Shown one piece after another: positions 41,707 through 50,992 of a stretch of 64,000 nt of DNA (the first letter of the stretch is position 1; each line of letters opens with the position of its first letter). Made by a program: the position numbers and the translations under genes. The DNA lies in NCBI GenBank assembly GCA_963827685.1, contig CAWHBU010000003.1, forward strand, positions 448,001-512,000, in the 5' to 3' direction. The notes below the pieces were generated by a model. That model searched no databases. It saw only the letters and a program-made list of their open reading frames with translations, and had not been told where the DNA came from. The DNA is from an uncultured delta proteobacterium (lineage in GTDB: Bacteria > Desulfobacterota > BSN033 > UBA1163).

Positions 41707-42627
41707 ATGTCAAATTGGCCCAGCATCCTGATCCCCATAGCTGCGGTAGTTTTAGGGTTTTTCTTGGGGGTATTGCGGCAAAAACTCTTTGAGAAAAAGG
41801 TAAACCTCTTCCATAAGCTGGACGCTCCGGCTGTGTTTTCGTTAATTCCTCCCAAGATTAGCTTTCAAAACTTAAAAATCTCCAACAAGGGTAAATTACC
41901 AGCCAAGAATCTAAGAATTAGCCTTAACGCTGATGTCATTAAGCAGCATGAGGCGGTTTATAAACCGATAACCGAAGAGGAATACAAAGAAGAAACAAGG
42001 GAAGGAATTCTTACACTAAAATTTGACACATTACTTCCGGAAGAAGAACTTGTTATTTCTTTTAAATCATCTGAGCCAGTTCCAGAGAATTTCCTGATAA
42101 ACATAAAAAGCGATGAAATGCTTTCCAAGAAAGAGCCTGATCAGAAGGGAAGATCTCCCGAGATTACGCAGGCGGTGTTCACGGTGATTGCTGGCGTCTC
42201 GGTCATCGTAGCGTTTATGTATGCTATACCCCCATTTTACAAACCCTCTTCAAAACCTTCGACGCAGCCAACTTTAGAACAGCCAATCTTAAAACAGCCA
42301 ACTTTATCCTTGAGCATAATGAAAGACAAATCAATTTACGGGAAGGGGGAAAAGGCCCAGATAACTTACCTGATAGCAAACCTTAGAAAAGATATATTAA
42401 GAGATATTTGGGGGAAGCTGACAATTCCTGGGTTCGACCTGAATGATGACCAGAGATATATGGAAAAGAAGTGGCTAGAAAGCGAGGGCCAGATTACACA
42501 TAGGGTTACCTTCAATATCCCCAAGGATGTACCTTCGGGCAAGCATAAGATTATCTTGAAGGTGAGTGCAAGTACTCTTGAAGAAAGATTTTCGGAAGAA
42601 ACCGAAACTTTTTTTGAAGTTCAGTAA
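41707..42627 (+). CDS. Hypothetical membrane protein (2 TM segments, Ig-like beta-rich domains)
   Basis: TM segments near the N-terminus and middle; beta-rich C-terminus (FNIPKDVPSGKHKI). Confidence 0.65.
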   Translation: MSNWPSILIPIAAVVLGFFLGVLRQKLFEKKVNLFHKLDAPAVFSLIPPKISFQNLKISNKGKLPAKNLRISLNADVIKQHEAVYKPITEEEYKEETREGILTLKFDTLLPEEELVISFKSSEPVPENFLINIKSDEMLSKKEPDQKGRSPEITQAVFTVIAGVSVIVAFMYAIPPFYKPSSKPSTQPTLEQPILKQPTLSLSIMKDKSIYGKGEKAQITYLIANLRKDILRDIWGKLTIPGFDLNDDQRYMEKKWLESEGQITHRVTFNIPKDVPSGKHKIILKVSASTLEERFSEETETFFEVQ

Positions 42628-42840
42628 TTAACTTAAGCCTCCAGGTCCATCCTGAAATTCACGAGCTGATTGTGAATGATCAGTAAGCTCTGAGTTCCGA
42701 TTCCACGAATTCCGCAACCTTTTTCCTTACTCATTCCTCATTGACCTCTGAATAAGTACCCGGGGTCAAAGCTACACTTTACACTTCACAAAGTGCAGCA
42801 GATGCGAGAAGAAAACGGATCATGTGAGTAAATTGGGTTA

Positions 42841-42964
42841 GTCCATGAATGCAGGAATTTTTTACAGAAGATGTATTAAGGGTTACGCAAGCAGCAGGTT
42901 GAGTAAATCGAAATGAAGATATCACCGTCGAAAGATTGGAGAAGTGTTTGGGAAGAATTTTATA
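42841..42964 (+). repeat. ~125-bp dispersed repeat (also 45311-45473 and 49705-49827)
   Basis: TCCATGAATGCAGGAATTTTTT.CAGAAGATGTATTAAGGGTTAC...GAAGTGTTTGG. Confidence 0.9.
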
Positions 42965-43009
42965 CGGTCCAGGACTGATTACCGTGTTTCATATCAGGAC
43001 TTGGTTCAT

Positions 43010-43777
43010 TTAGGATCCATTTTCAAAATTGATAAGGGAATGTCCGTACCGATAAAGGGAGAAATCCGCTCCGCTCTCGGCAAAATAACGAGTCCAGAAT
43101 GTTTGTATCTCTCGAAATTTATTGGAATCAGTCGCACTGGCGCCTGCCACATAGACCTTGACACCGGTAAGGTTGGGCATGAGTTTGTTCTTTTGGCGAT
43201 AGGTGATCACTTTGCTAATATACTCGTCTGTAATCTTGTCCTTATCAAATTTGTATTCCTTTGAATCCTGAATCATATCAGAAAGGATAACCAAAATCTT
43301 TTGGCGCTCCTTCTCGTCATGGAAAATGGTATCTGCAATATTCAGCGAATCTAAAATCTCCGTCAGCAGAGATCCCCCCCTGTGCGATAAGAGTTTATTT
43401 ACCTCCGTTCGAATTTTCTCCTTGGCATGGGTCAGGTTTCTCTCAAACTGTAAGCGGTTATCCCAGACAGTTTTCTTCGGAATTTCCTCATCCACTGTTG
43501 GCTTGAAATCGATATAGGAGTGACTGGCGATCGTCCCTACGACAACGCGATCCCCCTGCCGAAGATTTTTATAAATCTTCTCAAACGCTTCCTTACAGAC
43601 CGTACGCCGAGGTTGATCCGCACTTCCCGACATGTCCACAAGAATAATGATGAGCCGTGGAGGTTGGGGGGAGTCTTCGGGTTTGCCGACGGCTTCAGCA
43701 CTCCGCTTCAATGGGTGGCATAAGAGAAGTGCGCCAATAATGATAAGACCCAGTAATATCAGTCGCCGCTGTTTCAT
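43010..43777 (-). CDS. Exported VWA-like domain protein
   Basis: Signal/TM segment; MIDAS-like IILVDMSGS, T, VILSDM. Confidence 0.7.
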   Translation of the reverse strand: MKQRRLILLGLIIIGALLLCHPLKRSAEAVGKPEDSPQPPRLIIILVDMSGSADQPRRTVCKEAFEKIYKNLRQGDRVVVGTIASHSYIDFKPTVDEEIPKKTVWDNRLQFERNLTHAKEKIRTEVNKLLSHRGGSLLTEILDSLNIADTIFHDEKERQKILVILSDMIQDSKEYKFDKDKITDEYISKVITYRQKNKLMPNLTGVKVYVAGASATDSNKFREIQTFWTRYFAESGADFSLYRYGHSLINFENGS

Positions 43778-43798
43778 TTGGGTAGTCCACCTCAATCA

Positions 43799-44785
43799 TT
43801 ACGAATGGGTTTGTTTGGCTACCACCATTTTCAGAGGGGTGGTCTCGGGTTCCGATTTCGTGCCTTCGTCTTCATTTCCAAACTCTACGCCCAACTCGTG
43901 ATCCCGGTCAAAGGATTTGGGTTTTTCATGGTCTGGGCGCTTGCGCAGGTTGATTTTGCGGTAGTAATGGATGATTTCCTGGGTTCGTTGCTGAATCCGG
44001 TGTAGTTCTTGTTGTTGTTGGGTTAGGATTTTCCTATACTTTGCTTCAGCGGTTCGCGTGGCCTTATCGAGCTGGTTTGTCCTACGATGTAAATGCTCCA
44101 GCATGGAATCCGCATCATGTGCAAAATAAGAGCAGAGTGTCGCCGCAGCTAAAATGACCAGGTTCAGTCCAACAAAGGCGGCCCCGATCAGAGTACTATT
44201 GCCGAAGCTGCTAACTGCTCCCGCTTTGCTGAGGTCACCCAGGTACTGGACACGTACGTAGCCGATGGCAACCAGGCCGACAATGGTGAGGAAAAGGAGT
44301 GTCCCGATGCCAATGGCATTCTTCCACCATGGAACAGTCCAACGCTTGAAAAGAATCCCCATGGAGTGGGCAATCCATGGAATCGCTACGGCCACACCGA
44401 CCGCCATGATCCATGTGAAGATCTGGTTTTCTCCAAACACCGCGAAGGCAAGCGAATTCATGGGGATTTCACCCAGGACAAACAAACACATCAGCACATA
44501 ATACTTCATCCTGCTCAACTCTACACTTGGTTCGCTGCGACCGATCCTGGCAGCATGAGCATCATAGTCTTTAGAGATACGTTCATAATCCTGAAGCAAG
44601 GGTTTGTATTTTCCATTGAGGACCTCTAATTTCGGGCCATATGAAGAGGTTATTTGCCGGGCCTCATTCCTGGCCATTGCCATCAGCTCTTTCTCAAACG
44701 AAGAGAATTGCTGGTCACTCCTGCCGGGAAGATTGTTTTTTGCATCTCTTATGGCATTTTGTCGTGCACTCAGTCTACTATACAT
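43799..44785 (-). CDS. Hypothetical 4-TM protein with flanking coiled coils
   Basis: AGGAGG RBS before ATG 44785; co-oriented with the VWA gene. Confidence 0.7.
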   Translation of the reverse strand: MYSRLSARQNAIRDAKNNLPGRSDQQFSSFEKELMAMARNEARQITSSYGPKLEVLNGKYKPLLQDYERISKDYDAHAARIGRSEPSVELSRMKYYVLMCLFVLGEIPMNSLAFAVFGENQIFTWIMAVGVAVAIPWIAHSMGILFKRWTVPWWKNAIGIGTLLFLTIVGLVAIGYVRVQYLGDLSKAGAVSSFGNSTLIGAAFVGLNLVILAAATLCSYFAHDADSMLEHLHRRTNQLDKATRTAEAKYRKILTQQQQELHRIQQRTQEIIHYYRKINLRKRPDHEKPKSFDRDHELGVEFGNEDEGTKSEPETTPLKMVVAKQTHS

Positions 44786-45366
44786 TTTTCCTCCTATCTG
44801 TTTAAGAGTTAGTATAGTGAATCTCCTCCCGTAGAGCGGGAGGCATGCGGTAGCCCCCAAGAAGTTAGCTACCGCCATATTAGTAAAAAGCATACCTATT
44901 TTTATGAGTATGCTTATTGAGATCTGATCTGACAGTTTCGATTTTGGCTGCGATTTACGCTGAAAAAGCCCCAAAAATATAAAATTACGCAAAAACGTAA
45001 TGATAGCCGTTTCATTTTTCAAAACTTTCCGGACTGGTACTATTAGACAGCTATACGGGCCTACTTTATTTTGATTGCAAAATCTATTAGAAACGCAAGA
45101 AATATGCCAAGGGTTCGCTAATAATTAGTTGTTAGATAATAATTATTTTAAGAATATATTCAATAGATTATCTTATGAACCCATTGAAGAATTTATGGCA
45201 ATCCTCGGTTTTATTGATACAAAATTCCACATCGATTGACAAAAATGTCCCCGGTTCATTATTGCTCTTACAGCAGGAATCAGACCGGAGAGGGCTGTCG
45301 AGATGTGGGCAGTCCATGAATGCAGGAATTTTTTACAGAAGATGTATTAAGGGTTACTCAGGCAAG

Positions 45367-45428
45367 CCCCGTTAGAAATTCCAGTCGTTGCGACTCGAAA
45401 CCGAGCGGTCCATTATTTCTAACGGGGT
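45367..45428. mobile_element. MITE-like element (ACCCCGTTAGAAA family, short copy 3) inside the 125-bp repeat
   Basis: Same TIRs; interrupts the repeat copy at 45311-45473. Confidence 0.75.
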
Positions 45429-45645
45429 AAATCAAAATGAAAATATCACCCTCAAAAGATCGGAAGTGTTTGGTTGATGACCTCATCCTCCGTGACCCCA
45501 ATCTCCCTAACAAAATTCTTTATCAGAGCTTGAAACAAAGTTCTTCTTACATTATTATAGTGTTTTGAAAGACATGACCTTTACACGGATGAAATCGGTG
45601 GTATCCGTTTTCACCGGGATGAATGAAATTGCAGTCTACAGGTGA

Positions 45646-45764
45646 ACCCCGTTAGAAATTCCAGTCGTTGCGACTCGAAACCGAGCGGGGCATCAAACCC
45701 CCGCCGGAATTATTCTGGGACCTAACCACGCTGCAGAGCAGCGGGGCAACATTTCTAACGGGGT
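45646..45764. mobile_element. MITE-like element (ACCCCGTTAGAAA family, copy 4)
   Basis: Same TIRs; internal sequence similar to copy 1. Confidence 0.75.
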
Positions 45765-45779
45765 CAACAGGAGAAAAAG

Positions 45780-46373
45780 ATGAGAAAAGGATCGCTATTA
45801 CTGAAGTTGGTTCTGCCCGCTCTTATCCTTGTTGCACTCTCTGGCTGTGGCTACAACACGATGCAGAAAAATGAAGAGGCGGTCAAGGCCGCATGGGGAG
45901 ATGTTGAGGCGACCTATCAGAGAAGGAATGACCTCATTCCCAATCTCGTTGAGGTGGTCAAGGCCTATGCCAAACATGAACGGGAAACCCTCACCGCTGT
46001 GACGGAGGCAAGGGCAAAGGTTGGTTCGATACAGGTTTCCAAAGACATTATCAATGATCCAAAGGCCTTCTCACAATTTCAGGAAGCCCAGGCTGGAATG
46101 AGCAGTGCCCTTGCACGACTGATGGTCGTTGTCGAGCGCTATCCCGATCTTAAAGCAAACCAGAACTTTCAGGACCTCCAGCATCAGCTGGAAGGAACAG
46201 AGAACAGGATCAATGTCGCACGGACCCGCTATAACAAGGCGGTCGAAGTCTTCAATACCTCCATCCGGATATTCCCGAACAGTTTGACCAATAGCCTTTT
46301 GCTCCATCTGACACTGAAAGAGCCTTTCAAGGCCGAGCCCGGGGCTTCAAAAGCTCCCCAGGTTAAATTTTAG
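45780..46373 (+). CDS. lemA: LemA family protein
   Basis: [38 protein letters not shown]. Confidence 0.93.
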   Translation: MRKGSLLLKLVLPALILVALSGCGYNTMQKNEEAVKAAWGDVEATYQRRNDLIPNLVEVVKAYAKHERETLTAVTEARAKVGSIQVSKDIINDPKAFSQFQEAQAGMSSALARLMVVVERYPDLKANQNFQDLQHQLEGTENRINVARTRYNKAVEVFNTSIRIFPNSLTNSLLLHLTLKEPFKAEPGASKAPQVKF

Positions 46374-46515
46374 GGATAGAAGGATAAGGCTGAGGCCCAG
46401 GTTAAGAATGAAAGTGGAAACGATAAACAATGATCAATAAAGTTCATAGTCCATCGTCCATCGTTCATTGTCCGCATGAGGGAATTGGGAAGGAACTTAA
46501 GGGTGAAACTCTGAA

Positions 46516-47424
46516 ATGAAAAAATGCTTATTCCTGTTGATCTTTTTTGTCTGGTGTCTGCCTTTCCCTGCTTACGGCCTCGATGTTCCAAGGCTTCAGG
46601 GCTATGTCAACGATTATGCGGGGATGATCAGTCCCTCCGTGAGGTCGAAGATTGAAGAGGGGCTAAGGGCCTTTGAGCAGTCGGATTCAACCCAGATCGT
46701 TATCCTGACCATCCCCTCTCTCGAAGGAGAAAACCTTGAGGAGTTTGGTATCAAAGTGGCCGAAACATGGAAAATCGGGCAACAGGTAAAGGACAACGGG
46801 GTTCTTTTCATCGTCTCCAAACAGGAAAGAAAAATCAGGATCGAGGTCGGCCGCGGCCTTGAAGGAAAGTTAACGGATTTGATGGCGGGAAGAATTATCG
46901 ATCAAGTCATCAAGCCAAGATTTAAACAGGCAGATTTTGACGGAGGATTTATTGCCGGCGTTTCTTCATTGATCGATGCCACACGGGGTGAGTTCAGTGC
47001 CGAGCGAAGGCCGGTTCACCAAAGGCAAAGAGGCGTTCCCCCTTTCCTGACCATCTTTCTGTTTTTTGGTATCTTTACACTTATCTTAGGCAGTCTCTCC
47101 CGTGTTCTCGGTGGAGTCATTGCAGCCATTGGGCTTCCTGCATTTGTCTATCTTGCCGTTCTCCCCGTCGGAATCCCACTTATGATTCTCTTGGCCGTAG
47201 TTGGTTTTGGTGGAGGCTTCTTTCTGCCACGTCTCTTTTCTTCAGGAGGTTCTCGAAGGGATGGCAGCAGTCGTCATCATGGCGGTGGGTTTTTCTATGG
47301 ATCAGGGATGGGTGGTTTCTTCTCCGGGGGCGGCGGCTTTGGCGGTGGGGGCGGTTTCGGTGGTGGTGGTTTCAGCGGTGGAGGCGGCTCATTCGGTGGA
47401 GGAGGGGCTTCGGGAGGCTGGTGA
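46516..47424 (+). CDS. TPM domain (YgcG-like) protein with Gly-rich tail
   Basis: VNDYA, W.IG...DNGVL, RIEVG.GLEG, GGGSFGGGGASGGW. Confidence 0.92.
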   Translation: MKKCLFLLIFFVWCLPFPAYGLDVPRLQGYVNDYAGMISPSVRSKIEEGLRAFEQSDSTQIVILTIPSLEGENLEEFGIKVAETWKIGQQVKDNGVLFIVSKQERKIRIEVGRGLEGKLTDLMAGRIIDQVIKPRFKQADFDGGFIAGVSSLIDATRGEFSAERRPVHQRQRGVPPFLTIFLFFGIFTLILGSLSRVLGGVIAAIGLPAFVYLAVLPVGIPLMILLAVVGFGGGFFLPRLFSSGGSRRDGSSRHHGGGFFYGSGMGGFFSGGGGFGGGGGFGGGGFSGGGGSFGGGGASGGW

Positions 47425-48068
47425 TGAGAGGACATCCAAAATCGGAAAGATTTTTCACTGCAGAAGAAAAAGAGAGGCTGAAGGCAACCACCCACGAGGT
47501 CGAATCCAAGACGATTGGAGAAATCGTTATCATGGTCGTTGACCATAGTGATCACTACATTGAGGCAGAGGTTCTCGGCAGTGTCCTTCTCGGGAGTCTC
47601 TTGTCGTTGATTTTGACCGTTCTCTTTTTTCACTCGTCTATCTGGTCTTATATCCCCCTGAGCTTTTTGTTTTTCTTCCCATTTTGGTTCCTCTTTATAA
47701 AAGTGGAGGTCTTGAAAAAACGGTTTATCGGACACAGAAGAAAAGAGGAAGCGGTCAGTCTGAGAGCTGAGAGGGCTTTTTTTGAAAGAGGACTTTACAA
47801 GACAAAGAAGAATACAGGGGTTCTCTTCTTTCTCTCCCTCCTCGAGAAGAAAGTTTGGGTTCTTGCAGATAAAGGCATCCATGAAAAGATGGATCAGGAA
47901 ACCCTGAACCGCTTTGCGAATGAGGTTTCAAGAGGGATCAAAGAGGGCCGGGCCTGCGACGCCCTTTGTCAGGCTATCCAGGAAATAGGAATTTTACTTG
48001 CCCAGCATTTTCCCATCACACCTGATGATACCAACGAACTCCCCGATGACGTCATGACAGAAGAATAA
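47421..48068 (+). CDS. TPM domain membrane protein
   Basis: E.KT.GEI, TGVLFFLS..E, ADKGI, NELPD. Confidence 0.88.
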   Translation: MMRGHPKSERFFTAEEKERLKATTHEVESKTIGEIVIMVVDHSDHYIEAEVLGSVLLGSLLSLILTVLFFHSSIWSYIPLSFLFFFPFWFLFIKVEVLKKRFIGHRRKEEAVSLRAERAFFERGLYKTKKNTGVLFFLSLLEKKVWVLADKGIHEKMDQETLNRFANEVSRGIKEGRACDALCQAIQEIGILLAQHFPITPDDTNELPDDVMTEE

Positions 48069-48210
48069 TTGCTTGAAGAGTGATCCGACAATTATTATAG
48101 AGGGGCTGGGGCGGTTCTCGGATAACATTGTATAAACCGATAGCTACAATCCATTTTTTGTAAACCTTGGAGGAGAGGCTACGGTCACAAGATTCGAGCC
48201 AGTCCTTTCC

Positions 48211-48360
48211 AAAAAAAACCCAGCCTTTCGGCTGGGCTCTTTTTTTCGAAGTCCGCTTTTGCCAGTAAGCTTTCGCTCTCTGGTTTCTCTTATCATACCC
48301 CCTGAAAGGTTCTACCCTTTCAGGCTTCTCATAAGATTTACAGGTTCCGAAATCTTCATT
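48211..48360 (-). ncRNA. Candidate structured RNA with terminator, downstream of cspA
   Basis: Paralog of the cspA leader; ends in CCCAGCC-GAAA-GGCTGGG-T8. Confidence 0.4.
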
Positions 48361-48431
48361 CTTCAGTGTTTTTCTGATCTAAAAACACTTTTTTGTCGCC
48401 GAACATATCTTCTTCTAAAACTCTTAGAAGT

Positions 48432-48635
48432 CTAACCAACAATCTTTACGTTTGAGGCTTGAGGGCCTTTAGGACCCTGTGTGGTTTCGAATTCAACCTC
48501 ATCCCCCTCTTTAAGGGACTTGAATCCCTCCCCTGTGATTGCCGAGTGGTGAACAAATACGTCCTTGCCGCTCTCCGGTGTAATAAATCCGAATCCCTTC
48601 TGATCGTTAAACCACTTCACTTTTCCTGTTGACAT
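48432..48635 (-). CDS. cspA: Cold-shock protein
   Basis: [29 protein letters not shown]. Confidence 0.95.
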   Translation of the reverse strand: MSTGKVKWFNDQKGFGFITPESGKDVFVHHSAITGEGFKSLKEGDEVEFETTQGPKGPQASNVKIVG

Positions 48636-48670
48636 AGTAACCTCCAAATAAAATGTTAGGGTTAAAATAA

Positions 48671-48835
48671 AAAACCCGTCAAAGAGGGAAACTCACTCTT
48701 TGCGGGCTTCCTTTTTTCGAAGCCCGCTTTTCACCAGAGATTTTGTTCTCTGGCTCTCTTACCATTCCTTCCTTCCAGGTTTTACCCTTTCTGGTTTTCC
48801 TAATAAGACCTGCGGGTTCCGAAATCTCAATCTAT
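48671..48835 (-). promoter_or_regulatory. Structured cspA 5' leader with terminator/antiterminator-like arrangement
   Basis: GCGGGCTTC/GAAGCCCGC stem overlaps the hairpin CCCGCAAAGAG...CTCTTTGACGGG-T6. Confidence 0.55.
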
Positions 48836-49052
48836 TTTGTATATGTAACACAATAAAGGAGGCTTTGCAATGGCAGGAGAAATTATTAGGTGCCCGTAAA
48901 CCGAAGAGGGGGCAGATCAAAAAAAGTCTGTATCTGCTAATTATTATTAATGAACACGAGAACCGTCCCCAAATCGTTACTAAATTCCCGTACTGACCCT
49001 TTTTTTGACGGTGTGTCGACATTATGTCATAAATGACATATATTATGATTGA

Positions 49053-49346
49053 ATGAAAAGGAGAGAGAAGCCGTTAATCTGGCTACACGGCGAGATAAAG
49101 ACTCCACCGCTATCAAGCGCAGCAAGGATCGAAGCAGGCTATTTGCTGCGCAAACTTCAAATGGCGGACCTGCTCTCGCTACCTCATTCACGACCGATGC
49201 CATCGATTGGTTCGAGATGCCACGAACTCCGTATCGATGATCAAAACAAGACGTGGCGTGTTGTGTATCGAATTGATAATGATGCCATCCAACACCCCAA
49301 CGCAGGATTCGGCTTTATGATACCTAACGTAGGAGGAAGCATATGA
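49053..49346 (+). pseudogene. RelE/HigB (Gp49-like) toxin with C-terminal deletion
   Basis: L.WLHGEIKTPP.S..ARIEAG.LLR.LQ...SRPMPSIG.RCHELRI...WRVVYRID.DAI; the usual ..F.KKT segment is missing. Confidence 0.7.
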
Positions 49347-49675
49347 AGAGTGCAAAGAAGAAACGACTTGAATTAAAAGGGTGGAAGGTGGGTACTGCTG
49401 CAGAGTTCCTGCAGCTCTCACCTGAAGAATCCGCTTATATTGAGATGAAACTTGCATTGAGTAAGAATCTTCAGGAACACCGAAAGGACAAAGGCCTCAC
49501 TCAAGAGCAACTTGCTCGTCTCCTGAAGTCCAGTCAGTCGAGGGTAGCGAAGATGGAAGCAGGAGATCCTTCCGTTTCGCTTGATTTGCTTGTTCGTTCA
49601 TTGTTGATTCTGGGTGAATCACGCAAGGGTCTTGCTAAGATTTTGTCCCAGCCGCATTCTGCATTTGTGAGTTAG
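49343..49675 (+). CDS. XRE-family HTH antitoxin
   Basis: GWKVG...EFL.LS.EE, LTQEQLA..L.SSQSRVAKMEAGD. Confidence 0.88.
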   Translation: MKSAKKKRLELKGWKVGTAAEFLQLSPEESAYIEMKLALSKNLQEHRKDKGLTQEQLARLLKSSQSRVAKMEAGDPSVSLDLLVRSLLILGESRKGLAKILSQPHSAFVS

Positions 49676-49851
49676 ACCGACCTTTCAACTTTCAGTAAAT
49701 GAGATCCATGAATGCAGGAATTTTTTGCAGAAGATGTATTAAGGGTTACGCAAGCAGTAAGTTGAGAAAATCGAAATGAAGATATCGCCTTCGAAAGATT
49801 AGAGAAGTGTTTGGGAAAAATTTCATAAATTCCCGTACTGAACCTTTTTTT

Positions 49852-49961
49852 TAAAGGTGGCCCGGACCACTGCTGATCCGGAAGACCAGGAAAATATCCA
49901 ACCGGCCTACCTCTCCGAAGCGATTCAATACGGTAGCTTGAATCGAAATCTCATTTCCTTA
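49852..49961 (+). repeat. Direct repeat of the comM 3' end (att-like copy 4, longest and decayed)
   Basis: Encodes [35 protein letters not shown]. Confidence 0.9.
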
Positions 49962-50045
49962 CTATAGAAAATTCGATCCTATTTACAGATCAACAAAAAA
50001 TCTATGAATGATGGGCCAATACGGAGGGAACGAAACGGAAAAACG

Positions 50046-50369
50046 TTACGAAGGATATCGCCTGTCAAGGGCGGACCCCGAATCGACGCCGGGCAGCCTT
50101 CGGGTTTTTCTTCGATCGAGGACTTCAGCGAGAATAGGTAAAAGAAAGGAACCTCCGGGGAGAAAGAAGATAATCAGTGCTGGGATGATCTTCGCTATGT
50201 TTTTCAGATGCCTCTTTATCTCTTTTTTCTCTTCCCTTGTCCATTTCTCATCAGTGTTCCGGATTTTCATAAGAAGCTGCATCAGTCCCTTTATCGAAAG
50301 GACTTCCATGAGGATGGCTTCCTTATTTATAATGAACAGTCTTTTCAGATATCTCTTGATCATCGGCAA
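50046..50369 (-). CDS. Hypothetical protein
   Basis: GLMQLLMK.RNT..KWT.EE...IF.LPGG..LLP. Confidence 0.6.
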   Translation of the reverse strand: MPMIKRYLKRLFIINKEAILMEVLSIKGLMQLLMKIRNTDEKWTREEKKEIKRHLKNIAKIIPALIIFFLPGGSFLLPILAEVLDRRKTRRLPGVDSGSALDRRYPS

Positions 50370-50992
50370 ACCAGCTACAACGGCAGACGTCAGGTCGGGG
50401 TCAGACCTTGGTCTATTTTCTTAGCGTTTCCCTTTTCCACCAAATTCCGGGACGGTGTCAGAGCTACGCCGTCAATAGCTTCTCCACCTCTCCTTGAACG
50501 TCAGTCCGGTCCATTTACCCCCTGGTTTATCTCCACAAGCTTATGATGCAAAGAATTTATGGAAATTCTCCACAGAAGTCAACGATTATTTTTCGCAGTG
50601 CGTAAAATATTGAGGTTTAAGTATATCCTCTCAGCGTTCACCTTTTCCACTAAATCCTGCTAACATCGAAGACCTGATCCCTTTTTCACTCCACACATCA
50701 CTAAAATCTTCTGTCAAATTTCAAGGAATGGGACCATATACTTCTCTTCTGTCGAATAAATGTATGATTGCAAGACCTGATCCTTCTGTTCCAAGACCTG
50801 ATCCTCCCGTTCTCCCTGCTGGTAGTATTTTTAGAATAAATGTAGGAATCTTCTTTGAGATGTTGTATAAAAGTCCAGGGATACTAATAAAAAAACAACT
50901 TGTAACCTATCCAAACATAAGAAAAGCGCTCTGATAAATTAACTGAAATTTTATAGGCCATTTATGAAAAATGTTTTGGTACCCTGGTTTAT

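Noticed and set aside
48211-48835. SAM-I riboswitch (CTTAT...ATAAG stem)
   Set aside because: The other conserved SAM-I core elements are not recognisable, and the downstream gene is unrelated to sulfur or methionine metabolism.
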